From positions 9,122-73,121 of the forward strand of contig CAZGKT010000005.1 in the NCBI GenBank assembly GCA_964525605.1: a DNA stretch of 64,000 bases. The letters are read 5' to 3'. The DNA comes from an uncultured bacterium. GTDB taxonomy: Bacteria; Oederibacteriota; Muellerivitia; Muellerivitales; Muellerivitaceae. Shown piece by piece: positions 27,356 to 37,351 of this stretch. Made by a program: the position numbers and the translations under genes. The first letter of the stretch is position 1. The number at the start of each line of letters is the position of its first letter. Under the pieces are notes generated by a model. The model did no database searches. It saw nothing but the letters and a program-made list of their open reading frames with translations, and was not told where the DNA came from.

Positions 27356-29326
27356 ATGGCTAAGCAAGCAACTATCCAGGCGCCGTCGGTGGTGACCCGG
27401 GTACTCGATTGGAAAGGGGCGACCACTAACGCCATGGCGCTGATCGCGCCGGGCGCGTTTTTGTGGATCACCTATCAAGCGCAAGTGGGTCTCACGGTCC
27501 CGAGCGGGGCTTCCTGCGCGAACGACATGTGGGCGGGCATCCTGGTGGCCTTGGGTCTGGCTCTCTTGACGGCCTTGTCCTATTCGGAACTGGCGAAGAT
27601 TTACCCTGAAGCCGGTTTCGCCGGTGCCGTTTATTTCGCCGAAAAAGCCTTTATCGACGACCAGGGCTTGAAACGCCCCGGGCCGACCTCGATGGCCCGC
27701 GTCGCCAAGTTGATTACCGGTTGGGCGGCCCATTTGTTCTATTGGGTTTATCCTGGCGTCATGGTGGCCTTCATGGGCACCCTGGCTTCATACGTCTATG
27801 GAGCGGTCACAGGAAAGACCATGACGATCATGTGGGAACTGGTGATTGCCTGGGTATTCGCCTTCGCCGTTGGATACATCGCCTACAAGGGCGTGGCGGG
27901 TTCCACCAAGGCCAATATGTGGGGCAACATCATCCAATGGGTTACGCTAACGATTTTTAGCGTGTTAGCCATCGCGTACCGGTTTATCAATCCGGATCAC
28001 GCCACCACTTGGGCCTATTCGGGTGGGTTTGATATCGTGAAGTTCCATTCGGTCACGGGCGTTTTGGTGCAAGCTACCGTCGCCATCCTGATTCTCGTCG
28101 GATTCGAGAGTTGTACCTCGCTTTCCGCGGAAACCAAGGAGCCGGAAAAGAACATCCCGAAAGCCATTATCATCGCTTTGATCGTCCAATGCGTGTTCGC
28201 CTATATGTTCGAGTACTTCGCGGCGAACTACATGGTGAGCGAGAAATTGGTGGGTAGTGTTGCGGTTCCTGCCGTGGCCGCCGTCGCTGCCGTACCTATG
28301 TCCGTTAGCGCCGCAGGTGTAACGACGGCCGCTGTGGCCGCTGTAGCCGCCGCTCCCGCCACCACCAAAGCGGTTTATGGGTTCGACGCCATGGCCGCTT
28401 CCAGCGCCCCCATTGGGGACATGGTGGTCCGCTTGGGGGACAGCTTCTTCGGGCATCTGGGTTTTGCCCTGATGCTGATCATGGCATGTACGGTCGCCAT
28501 TGCTGTTATTGGAACGACCCTGGCCTGCTATAACACAGCCGTTCGTGTGACTGCCGGTATGGCGGAGGATCGGGAACTGCCCGGCTTCCTGGGGTTCATC
28601 CACTTGAAAAATGCCTCACCCCATACGGCCATCTGGCTTTTGGTCGCGGTCTCCTGCGTGATCGCCACCGTCGGTTGTCAATCGGTGGACGGTTTGACGG
28701 GTATCACGCTGGCCTCCAACTTTGGAACCTTCGTGCTCTATGGCGCGGTCTGCATCTGGACCTTCATCGCCTATAAGAAGCGCAAAGACTTCAACGCCTT
28801 CAAGCATGCGTTGATACCCCTGGGAGGGTTGATCCTGAACATACTGATGTGCTGGGGGGTCATTTACCTCTACACCATTGGTAACGCCGACTCGCAGTTG
28901 GAAGCTAAGATCTTCTTCTATATCGCGGGCGGATGGGGCTTGGTCTGGTTCCTCTATGTGTTCTTCTCTTCAACCCTGAAGTCCCACGGGATGAAGATGA
29001 TCTCGGCCATTATTCGGCCGGATTCGCTGGACGCGCTGGCGGATGCCTTGAACAAGGAAGAATTGGTACAGGGCATGACGGTCTCTGAGGTGAAGGGCTT
29101 CGGCCGCACCAAGGGTTCCAAGACCGACGACTCGCCTTCCAAGGTCAAGTTCCTCGACAAGGTCCGAGTGGACGTAGTCGTGAATACCTGGGATGTGCCC
29201 CACGTCATAGATGTAATGAAGGACGTTCTGCAAACTGGCCAAAAGGGGGACGGTAAGATTTTCGTCCTGGAAACGGATGAAGCGGTCCGTGTCCGCACCG
29301 GGGAAACAGGGGTGGTGGCGGTTTAG
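27356..29326 (+). CDS. APC-family amino-acid permease fused to a C-terminal P-II-like domain
   Basis: Twelve-TM APC core. The last ~110 aa read 'MKMISAIIRPDSL...VSEVKGFGRTKG...QKGDGKIFVLETDEAVRVRTGE', which is a P-II fold. AAAGGAGGAAG ribosome-binding site upstream. Confidence 0.75.
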   Translation: MAKQATIQAPSVVTRVLDWKGATTNAMALIAPGAFLWITYQAQVGLTVPSGASCANDMWAGILVALGLALLTALSYSELAKIYPEAGFAGAVYFAEKAFIDDQGLKRPGPTSMARVAKLITGWAAHLFYWVYPGVMVAFMGTLASYVYGAVTGKTMTIMWELVIAWVFAFAVGYIAYKGVAGSTKANMWGNIIQWVTLTIFSVLAIAYRFINPDHATTWAYSGGFDIVKFHSVTGVLVQATVAILILVGFESCTSLSAETKEPEKNIPKAIIIALIVQCVFAYMFEYFAANYMVSEKLVGSVAVPAVAAVAAVPMSVSAAGVTTAAVAAVAAAPATTKAVYGFDAMAASSAPIGDMVVRLGDSFFGHLGFALMLIMACTVAIAVIGTTLACYNTAVRVTAGMAEDRELPGFLGFIHLKNASPHTAIWLLVAVSCVIATVGCQSVDGLTGITLASNFGTFVLYGAVCIWTFIAYKKRKDFNAFKHALIPLGGLILNILMCWGVIYLYTIGNADSQLEAKIFFYIAGGWGLVWFLYVFFSSTLKSHGMKMISAIIRPDSLDALADALNKEELVQGMTVSEVKGFGRTKGSKTDDSPSKVKFLDKVRVDVVVNTWDVPHVIDVMKDVLQTGQKGDGKIFVLETDEAVRVRTGETGVVAV

Positions 29327-29343
29327 CTGTCAACCATCTAATC

Positions 29344-29378
29344 TTTAAGTCGCAATCAAAAAGCCGACCCGAAAGGGT
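29344..29378 (+). terminator. Rho-independent terminator
   Basis: Hairpin AGCCGACCC-gaaa-GGGTCGGCT followed by TTTTTTG. Confidence 0.65.
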
Positions 29379-29480
29379 CGGCTTTTTTGTTATGGAGAGG
29401 AACCTGAAAAATATTTCAAATTCGTTTTAAGGAGTGTGGGTTAAAATCAATGAGGCATATGGGGAGAGAGGAGGAAAAAC

Positions 29481-30044
29481 ATGGACGCGAAGGAATTGAA
29501 AGAATATGGACCCTTGGGCGCCTTGATCGGCAGATGGCAGGGGGACAAGGGTGACGACATTGCCCCGGGGGATGATCTAGGAAAAGAAAACAACAAGTAT
29601 CGCGAGGAAATCCTATTTGAACCCTGCGGAGCCACCTTCAATCATGAGCAGAGGCTCATGGGGGTTCATTATGCTTTACACGCCTGGCGTCTGACAGAAA
29701 CAAAACCCTTCCACGAGGAATCGGGCTATCTACTTTGGGATGAAAAGGAAAAACTCATTATTCGGAGCACCATCATCCCACGGGGCATGACCGTTCTGGC
29801 CGGGGGCAAGGCAGAAGCGGATGCCAAACAATTTATCGTATCGGCCAAGCTGGGATCACCGGTCTTTGGCATCTGCTCCAATCCCTACCTGGACAAGGAG
29901 TTCAAGACCCTGGCTTTCGACCACACCCTAAAAGTTTTGGGGCCGGACCAGATCAGTTATGAACAGGACACCCAAATCCAGATCGCCGGGCAAAAGGAAA
30001 TTTTTCATCACACGGATAAGAATGTTTTGAAAAAAGTGGGGTGA
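29481..30044 (+). CDS. Nitrobindin/DUF1794-like beta-barrel protein
   Basis: N-terminal 'LGALIGRWQGDKG' matches the GxWxG motif of THAP4/nitrobindin-type heme-binding barrels. Assignment is weak. Confidence 0.4.
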   Translation: MDAKELKEYGPLGALIGRWQGDKGDDIAPGDDLGKENNKYREEILFEPCGATFNHEQRLMGVHYALHAWRLTETKPFHEESGYLLWDEKEKLIIRSTIIPRGMTVLAGGKAEADAKQFIVSAKLGSPVFGICSNPYLDKEFKTLAFDHTLKVLGPDQISYEQDTQIQIAGQKEIFHHTDKNVLKKVG

Positions 30045-30073
30045 TGGATATTTAAAAAATAAGATCACCTAGC

Positions 30074-30103
30074 CGCAATAAAAAGCCGGCCCATTTGGGC
30101 CGG
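30074..30103. terminator. Bidirectional rho-independent terminator
   Basis: AAGCCGGCCC-attt-GGGCCGGCTT flanked by A and T runs, between two convergent genes. Confidence 0.6.
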
Positions 30104-30141
30104 CTTTTTGCATTTCAGCTCAGCGGTTTTTATTTCGGCAA

Positions 30142-32118
30142 CTACAATACCCTGACGGGCACGATCACCATGTTGAACCCCTTGAAAAGGAGCCTGCGCT
30201 GGATTTCGATGGAGGTTTGGTTGTGCAGGAGCCCCGAGAACAGGGTTTCCTTGGCGAAGATGAGCTTGCCTGAAAAGAAGGTGGGGTCATTGAATTCCCC
30301 GGAGACCAATTCGCAAAGTTTTTCCATTCCTTCGATGACATCTATGCTCTCCACGTGTCGGAAATCCGCCCGGTAGCCCATCTTGTGGGCCAGGGCCACG
30401 TATTTTCGCAAATTATCCTCGGTGTAGTTTTTGAGGTTCTGTAGCTCTTCGATGCCTTTGAACTTACTCGTGTCGATCCGGCCGATGGAGACAAAGAGAA
30501 AATCTTGGAAACGGTTGGCGAATAGTTTCTGTATGGAAAAGATGGCGTGGATGCCCAACCCGTTGTACCGCTCGACCATGACCACGGCCACGGGTTTGGC
30601 CTTTTCAGGCGGGCCAAGAGGCGGTTCGGTGGCGTCCCGGTCGGGCAGGGGAAGGTTGGTCAAGGCGTCATCCAGGCGTTTCAAGCCAGATTGGACGCCC
30701 TTGTAATGGCCTTTCACCCGGAAACAAACCCAAATCAGGGCCCCGGTCAGCAGGATGGTCACAAACCCCCCCTCCAGGAATTTCGCCATGATAGTGGCCA
30801 CCAGAATGATGGTGGTCAGGGCCAGTCCCAAGCCGTTGATGAAAAATCGGCTTTTCCAATCCTTTTGTTGTTTACGGGCCTGCCACCAATGAACGCACAT
30901 GGAAAGCTGAGAGAGGCTGAAGGTGATATAAACATTGATGGCGTAAAGAACGATGAGGGCGTCCACATTACCCTTGAAAACAAGGAGGATCACCAGGGAG
31001 AAGACCCCCATGACCAGGATGCCATTCATGCGCACGAGTCGGTGGGACAGGTTGGCAAAACGGTGGGGAAGCCAGGAATCCATCGCCATGTTGGAAAGCA
31101 CGTTCGGCCCGTCGATGAAGCCGGTCTGGGCCGCGATGAAGAGCAGCAATCCTTCCGAAAGCAGGGTCAAGTAGACCATCGCCTGGCCCAAGGGAACCCC
31201 ATAGAGGGTCCAGGAGCCGAAGATTTGTTTAGAGAGGGTCCCGTTCATGGTCTCGTTCTCCACGGTCGGTGTATCCCACAGCATATAAAGCATCAGGATG
31301 CCCCCGGCCGTCAGGGCCAGGGAAGTCGCCATGTAAAGCATTGTGCGCTTGCCGGTTTGGACACGCGGCTCGCGTAGATTCGCCAACCCGTTGGAGACGG
31401 CCTCGATACCCGTGTAGGTTCCGCCGCCCAAACTGTAGGCCGTAAAGAAGATGACCAGGAAACCCCACAAACCCAGGGGGCCGCCGACGATCTGGTGGGT
31501 TTCTTGTAATGTGGAATGAACGACGGGAACGATCTGAGCGCCGTGGCCGATCAGACCCGCTCCGATGAGAAGAATGTGGGTGATCACGAAAAGAATGAAG
31601 ATCGGGAGAAGAGAAGTGACCGATTCCTTGATGCCCCGCATATTGAGCCAGATCAAGAGAACGATGAGGAGGGCCTTGATCCAGAGCTTATAGGTGGTGA
31701 AAGCGGCTGGCATGAAATCGGCGATGGTGTCCACCCCCGCGGCGATGGAAAGGGTGATGGTGAGCACATAGTCCACGATGAGTGCGGAACCGGAAAAAAG
31801 ACCTGCCGTTGGATGAAGGAGCTTGCTAGCCACAACGTAACCCCCGCCGCCCGAGGGGAAGTATTCGATGATCTGGCTGTAGCTGGCGGAAATGATGAAA
31901 ACGGTGGCAGCCACCGCGATGGCCAGGTAAAGGGCAATATGGTGGTACTGGCCCCCTAATGCTTTGTAGGTTTCCTCGGGTCCGTAAGAAGAGGAAGAAA
32001 GCCCGTCCGCTCCGAGGCCCACCCAGGCCAGGAAAGCGACGAGGCTTAATTTATGAAAAACCTTTGAATCGAGGGGATCTTTGTCCTTGCCGAAAATCAG
32101 TTCTTTGACTTTTTCCAT
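30142..32118 (-). CDS. APC-superfamily permease with a ~200-aa C-terminal cytoplasmic domain (KimA-like architecture)
   Basis: 658 aa with a 12-TM APC core and a soluble tail. Confidence 0.65.
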   Translation of the reverse strand: MEKVKELIFGKDKDPLDSKVFHKLSLVAFLAWVGLGADGLSSSSYGPEETYKALGGQYHHIALYLAIAVAATVFIISASYSQIIEYFPSGGGGYVVASKLLHPTAGLFSGSALIVDYVLTITLSIAAGVDTIADFMPAAFTTYKLWIKALLIVLLIWLNMRGIKESVTSLLPIFILFVITHILLIGAGLIGHGAQIVPVVHSTLQETHQIVGGPLGLWGFLVIFFTAYSLGGGTYTGIEAVSNGLANLREPRVQTGKRTMLYMATSLALTAGGILMLYMLWDTPTVENETMNGTLSKQIFGSWTLYGVPLGQAMVYLTLLSEGLLLFIAAQTGFIDGPNVLSNMAMDSWLPHRFANLSHRLVRMNGILVMGVFSLVILLVFKGNVDALIVLYAINVYITFSLSQLSMCVHWWQARKQQKDWKSRFFINGLGLALTTIILVATIMAKFLEGGFVTILLTGALIWVCFRVKGHYKGVQSGLKRLDDALTNLPLPDRDATEPPLGPPEKAKPVAVVMVERYNGLGIHAIFSIQKLFANRFQDFLFVSIGRIDTSKFKGIEELQNLKNYTEDNLRKYVALAHKMGYRADFRHVESIDVIEGMEKLCELVSGEFNDPTFFSGKLIFAKETLFSGLLHNQTSIEIQRRLLFKGFNMVIVPVRVL

Positions 32119-32486
32119 TTAAACAGCCTCCGAAGTCCCTGGGAAATGGACTGAATTGGGGCCGTCTATTTCGACGCACCCTTCGTTGCCTGCGGGGTTA
32201 GCTGTCGGGCTCGGCGCGAAAGGCTCGCCGCCCATTCTCCAAACAGAAGTAAGTTAAGGAGATTGGATTAGCCCCAAACTTCTTGGGTCCCCCGTTCACC
32301 CTTGTGTGGGTGACTCGGCTTTTCAACTTTTGTTTCTATCAAGGAAACAATGAAGGGGTGATATTAATGAATTTTTAATTAAATACAATACCCTCTGAAA
32401 AAGAGCCATTTACCCATGAATCTGCGACAATATCCGCAAACAAATCTGCAATGTCAGCTAAACGACCCCCTTCATGAGGAGTAACC

Positions 32487-33251
32487 ATGGCGGAATCTCG
32501 AATTCATTTAGTTGTGGCAACTCCCTGCTACGGGGGAATGGTCACCAGCCTGTACGCCACTTCTCTCATGCGTCTTCAAAACGCCTGCCTGCAGAGGGGC
32601 GGGATTGATTTGACCGTCTTCATGACTTCGGGAGACGCCTTGATCCCGAGGGCCCGTCAGGGTCTGGTAGCCCAGTTTCTCCATAACGATGCGGCCACCC
32701 ACTTGATCTTCATCGATGCGGATATTTCCTTTGCCCCCGATCAGGTTTTCCGACTTTTGGATTTTAATAAGGACGTGGCAGCGGGAGTCTATCCCACCAA
32801 GAAGGTGGATTGGGCCAAGGCCATCACTCAGGCCAAGGAAGGCCAAACCAACCTGGAATCCTCCGCATTGAGCTATGTCATGGGTTTGGAAGACCCGGCG
32901 AAAACGGCGACCCAGAACGGTTTCGCCAAGGCCCTCTACGCGGGAACGGGGTTCATGATGATCAAGCGCAAGGTGTTTCTTGCCATGATCGAACGTTACG
33001 CGGACTTGAAATACACCCGGGAGGATCAGGCCGAGGATGGCTTGCGGGGAAGTCCCTATCGGTGCGCGCTCTTCAATTGCCTGGTGGATAAACCCACCGG
33101 TACCTATTTAAGCGAGGACTATAGTTTCTGTAAGCGGTGGCGGGACATGGATGGCGAGATTTGGATTGATCTGCAAAGCAAGCTCACTCACACGGGCCCC
33201 ATCTCCTTCAAGGGAGATGTCACATCCCAGTTCAGGCAATTCACTTCCTAG
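32487..33251 (+). CDS. Putative GT-A-fold glycosyltransferase-like protein
   Basis: 'HLVVATPCYGGM' start and a DxD-like 'FIDADISF'. Assignment is weak. Confidence 0.3.
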   Translation: MAESRIHLVVATPCYGGMVTSLYATSLMRLQNACLQRGGIDLTVFMTSGDALIPRARQGLVAQFLHNDAATHLIFIDADISFAPDQVFRLLDFNKDVAAGVYPTKKVDWAKAITQAKEGQTNLESSALSYVMGLEDPAKTATQNGFAKALYAGTGFMMIKRKVFLAMIERYADLKYTREDQAEDGLRGSPYRCALFNCLVDKPTGTYLSEDYSFCKRWRDMDGEIWIDLQSKLTHTGPISFKGDVTSQFRQFTS

Positions 33252-33378
33252 GCATAGTCTCTTCGCTTATCTTCCCATTCATGACAGAACAATGAATCCG
33301 GTTTCTGCCTTGCCCGAAACTTTCGGGGAGGCCGTTTCGTCTAATGAATTAGTGAAGTGAATACCGAGGAGTTAGAAA

Positions 33379-34035
33379 ATGAAAAATAAAATTTGGCTAT
33401 TTTGGATGGTTTTAGGTTTCTGGGGCTTTGCCCTTCAATCCTCCCAAGCCCAGGTTCAAGTGGGTGTGGGCGTCAACTTAGGCGGCGGCGGGGATAGTTT
33501 TCACCTGGCCATCGGCAATTATTACCACGCCCCTCCGGCCCAGGTCACCATCGTTGCGCAAAGGCATATTCCCGATGAGGAATCTCCAGTGGTCTTTTTT
33601 GTGGCCGGACAGGCCCATGTGCCTCCGGGTGTAATCATTGACCTGAGGGCCGGTGGAATGCCATGGGTGGAAATCCTCCACCGCTACCATTTGAGCCCGA
33701 GAATCTTTTACGTGCCCGTCCATGTTTCTGTTTGGAACACGCCCTACTCGAACTTTTACGCCTATTACAACGAACGGGGACATCACCGGATCCGTCTTAT
33801 GGACGCGGATATCATCAACATGGTGAACCTGAGGTTCGCTTCCGATTATTATCACCGAACCCCGGAAGAAGTTATTCGGTTGCGGGCCGGGGGCCACAAT
33901 TACGCCTATATCCACGACCAATACCGCCATCCCGAACCCTATCATCCGAACGACCACCCGGAAGATCGGCCGGAACACCACTTTGGCCAGCATCAGGATG
34001 ACAACGGATATGGGCACCGAGATGGGGGTTATTAA
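33379..34035 (+). CDS. Secreted His/Tyr-rich protein
   Basis: Signal peptide. The C-terminal 60 aa contain more than 12 His ('HDQYRHPEPYHPNDHPEDRPEHHFGQHQDDNGYGHRDGGY'). Confidence 0.45.
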   Translation: MKNKIWLFWMVLGFWGFALQSSQAQVQVGVGVNLGGGGDSFHLAIGNYYHAPPAQVTIVAQRHIPDEESPVVFFVAGQAHVPPGVIIDLRAGGMPWVEILHRYHLSPRIFYVPVHVSVWNTPYSNFYAYYNERGHHRIRLMDADIINMVNLRFASDYYHRTPEEVIRLRAGGHNYAYIHDQYRHPEPYHPNDHPEDRPEHHFGQHQDDNGYGHRDGGY

Positions 34036-34240
34036 ACCAAAAACTTCTTTTTGATTCGAAATCAAAGAAGACAAATCTAGTCTTCTTTCGGGGTCATTCA
34101 GGGGCTGACCGGATTCTGGGGTCGGCCCCTTTTTTTATCTGGAGCGATGGGATTGGCCTTAAAAAACAGATATAACCTTTACCATTCTGGTGTGAATCCC
34201 ACCCCGGGGTTATACCCATCCGGTTCTTCTGAAGGCGCAC

Positions 34241-35599
34241 ATGAATTCAATCGTTAACTGGTGGCAAGTGGATGGGGCGCAAACGGCCTTGGCCTTTACA
34301 CCCTTCTTTCTTTTGCTATTTCTCATCGCGGTTATGCCCTATGTCCGGTGGACCTCCCATTGGTGGGGGTCCCTTACCCACAAATTCATCGTGGCGGTCC
34401 TTTTCGCCGGTGCCGGTGTTCTCCTCTATGTTCATGCCACGGGTGATTGGATCAAGGTGGGGGAAACTTATCTCGACTATTTTTCCTTTCTTATTTTGCT
34501 GGGGTCGCTTTTCACGGTGGCAGGGGGAATCCATATTTCGGGCGCATTCATGGGCTACCCGGGGGTGAACACGCTCTTTTTAGGACTCGGCGCCCTGCTT
34601 TCCAATGTTTTGGGCACCTTGGGTGCCAGTATGCTCCTCATCCGGCCGCTTCTTCACGCGAACCAACACCGCCAGCACAAGGGACATATTGTCCTATTCT
34701 TCATTTTCATCGTCTCGAATTGCGCCGCCTGCTTGATTCCCCTGGGTCCTCCACTTTATCTGGGATATCTGCGGGGGGTTCCTTTTTTCTGGACCTTGTG
34801 GCTGACGGCGCCCTGCGCCTTGGTGGTCGGAACCCTGCTTCTGGTTTTCTATTTTTGCGATGAGCATTTTTTTGAGAAGGAAAACTGGACCAGCAAAGGG
34901 CATATGGTCGGGGAACTCAAAAAAGCCCATCGGAAAATTCACATCCAGGGCAAAGGAAACCTGTTGTTGTTGGCTGTGATGATCGGCGGAATCCTTCTCG
35001 CCGGATATGTTTTACATCCCTTCTTTAACCAAACGTTGGGAGAAAAAGAGGGGGACCTTTGGATCAAAATCGTCCAAACGCTTTTCATGGTCGGTGTGGC
35101 GGCTGTTTCTTTCAAAACCACCCCCCGGGAACTCCATGTCCAAAACCGGTTTCATTTTGGGCCCCTTTGGGAAGTGGCGATCCTCTTTTTTGGAATTTTC
35201 GGCGCCATGATTCCGGTGTTGGCCTACCTGGAAGCCCACGGACCCGAATTGGCCTACCACCATGACTGGGAATATTTCTGGGCTTCGGGGTTGTTGAGCG
35301 CTTTCCTCGATAACGCTCCCACCTACCTGACCCTGACGGCCATGGCCTCCGGTCAGCATGGCCTCTCTCCGGCCCACCTGGGCGAACTGGCCGGTCAATT
35401 TCCGCAGATTCTTATCGCCATTTCCTGCGGGTCGTCTTTCATGGGGGCCTTGACCTATATCGGAAATGGGCCGAATTTTATGGTGAAGGCCATTGCGGAA
35501 GAGGCCGGGGTCGAAATGCCATCCTTCGGAGGTTACATGATCTGGTCGGGCGTGATCCTGATTCCGATATTTCTCGTCGTGACCTTTATCTTTTTTTAA
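34241..35599 (+). CDS. Ion/anion permease (ArsB/NhaD/CitMHS-like superfamily)
   Basis: 452 aa with about 11 TM helices and an internally duplicated architecture. The family call is tentative. Confidence 0.5.
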   Translation: MNSIVNWWQVDGAQTALAFTPFFLLLFLIAVMPYVRWTSHWWGSLTHKFIVAVLFAGAGVLLYVHATGDWIKVGETYLDYFSFLILLGSLFTVAGGIHISGAFMGYPGVNTLFLGLGALLSNVLGTLGASMLLIRPLLHANQHRQHKGHIVLFFIFIVSNCAACLIPLGPPLYLGYLRGVPFFWTLWLTAPCALVVGTLLLVFYFCDEHFFEKENWTSKGHMVGELKKAHRKIHIQGKGNLLLLAVMIGGILLAGYVLHPFFNQTLGEKEGDLWIKIVQTLFMVGVAAVSFKTTPRELHVQNRFHFGPLWEVAILFFGIFGAMIPVLAYLEAHGPELAYHHDWEYFWASGLLSAFLDNAPTYLTLTAMASGQHGLSPAHLGELAGQFPQILIAISCGSSFMGALTYIGNGPNFMVKAIAEEAGVEMPSFGGYMIWSGVILIPIFLVVTFIFF

Positions 35600-35738
35600 C
35601 GGTCTTTTCCTTCGCTTGGTTTCAACAGAGGCGGCGTGCAACCGCGGCTGCAATTAACCGTGCTACACTACTCTCAGGTCGGTTAGGCCCGTTGACTGGG
35701 GAGGATGAAGATAGCCTGATTCACCAGAAAGCCTTGAT

Positions 35739-36722
35739 ATGAAGCCAATTTTTATCCTCCTTATGGGTTTGGTGTTTTTTGCTTCTCCCCCGTTCAGTTA
35801 TTCCCAATCCGCAGCCACTCCGTCCGTCACCCCAACCCCCGGTCCGGAGAGCCTTCTCCCTCCTGACGCGAAAATCCTCAAGGCCCAATGGGGATATTTT
35901 CGGGGGAAGAAGACCCAGGAAGTTTTGTTCCTTACTCGAACCAAAGATTCCAAGATTCAGACCGATGTGATCGCGCGGTCAAAGAATCATTTTTTCGTTC
36001 TGTGGGAACAAATTTATCAGTCTAGGGGCCAGATGGACCCCAACTCCGGCGCTTATGTTTTGGACACGGCATCAAAGATTCCCAGTTTGATCATAGCTCC
36101 CTATATGGGAGCCGACTTGGGAGGTCAGGCTTATCTCTATCAATGGAACGGAAAAACCTTCGAGAAAATTTCGGGGGCCGAGGTTCCCATGGAATCCATG
36201 GAGATTCAGGATTTGAAGGGCGATAAACGCCTAGAATTGATCTGCACCGAACGATATGGGGATGACCGTATTTTCGGCATTCAAAAGGGGAGTCTCGCGG
36301 ATGAAAGCGCCGATTTTCCGGATTACTACCAGAGGCCGGCGGGGCGTTATTATCCAGAAAAGGAAATTCTTTTTGGCTCCGATCGCCTTAATCGATTCGA
36401 TATCTACATGACCGGTTATGACTCTTCGGGCAAGGCCTTGCTTATCCCAAAACCTGCGGCCCGGCTTTGGCTGATGAATACCGCAACGAATAAAGACCTT
36501 TCAATCAATATCACCCGATTCCAGGTGCATGGGACTACTTTCAGCGCCGGGATGACCGATCCTTCCTTCGGGTCCCTTTCAATTGATGGAAAGTTCCTGG
36601 ACAAGAAATTCAGCTTTAAAGCCCATCCTCCCGCCAATAAGACCGTATTGAAATGCAATGTCCGATTCACGGGATCCGATCAAACGAAGCATACTTTTAC
36701 CGATGCCAGGTTCATCTACTAG
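35739..36722 (+). CDS. Hypothetical secreted protein
   Basis: Signal peptide MKPIFILLMGLVFFASPPFSYS. Confidence 0.4.
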   Translation: MKPIFILLMGLVFFASPPFSYSQSAATPSVTPTPGPESLLPPDAKILKAQWGYFRGKKTQEVLFLTRTKDSKIQTDVIARSKNHFFVLWEQIYQSRGQMDPNSGAYVLDTASKIPSLIIAPYMGADLGGQAYLYQWNGKTFEKISGAEVPMESMEIQDLKGDKRLELICTERYGDDRIFGIQKGSLADESADFPDYYQRPAGRYYPEKEILFGSDRLNRFDIYMTGYDSSGKALLIPKPAARLWLMNTATNKDLSINITRFQVHGTTFSAGMTDPSFGSLSIDGKFLDKKFSFKAHPPANKTVLKCNVRFTGSDQTKHTFTDARFIY

Positions 36723-36724
36723 AA

Positions 36725-37330
36725 ATGGGACTGGAAAGATTTCTGGTTCTTCATAAGCCCAAAGGCTACGAAGTCACCCGCCCGAAAAGTGTCGACGAAT
36801 CAACCCATTCCCAAACCGTCTATTCATTTCTTCCAAAAAAATTTCACGCCGAAGGATGGGTGCCCGTCGGGAGATTAGATAAAGATTCCAGTGGCCTGCT
36901 GATCTTCGTGCGGGAGGGCTTTTGGGTCCGCCTGTTACAAACGCCAGGAAATATCCCGAAGGTCTACGAGGTTTGGGTAAAGGGCCGCCTGGGCCCGGAA
37001 CATCTGGAACAGGTCTTAAAGGGGATCGAAACTCCGCTCGGGATCTTGAGAGCCAAGGCGATCAGCTTTTTAGGCGTCACCGGGCCCAATACCCTCGTGA
37101 AGATGACTCTGGACGAAGGCAAAAACCGCCACATCCGCCGGATTTTTTCTTCGATGAAAGACACATGGATCAACAAGTTTTTTAGGGTCGTGGACTTACA
37201 TCGAGTTTCGATCGGTCCGATTAACCTGGATATCGAACCGGGACAATGGCGTTATTTGACCGAGGTCGAATCCGAATCGCTTATGAATTGTCTGCCTAAG
37301 AAAATGAAGACGGCCCAGCGGCCCAAATAA
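36725..37330 (+). CDS. Pseudouridine synthase, RsuA/RluB family (no S4 domain)
   Basis: Catalytic motif 'VGRLDKDSSGLLIF' and 'GKNRHIRRIF'. Confidence 0.7.
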   Translation: MGLERFLVLHKPKGYEVTRPKSVDESTHSQTVYSFLPKKFHAEGWVPVGRLDKDSSGLLIFVREGFWVRLLQTPGNIPKVYEVWVKGRLGPEHLEQVLKGIETPLGILRAKAISFLGVTGPNTLVKMTLDEGKNRHIRRIFSSMKDTWINKFFRVVDLHRVSIGPINLDIEPGQWRYLTEVESESLMNCLPKKMKTAQRPK

Positions 37331-37351
37331 TTATTTTATCTTCGCGACCCA

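Noticed and set aside
35600-35740. Possible structured ncRNA between the permease and the secreted-protein gene
   Set aside because: I could see only short, imperfect stems and no recognisable riboswitch or sRNA family.
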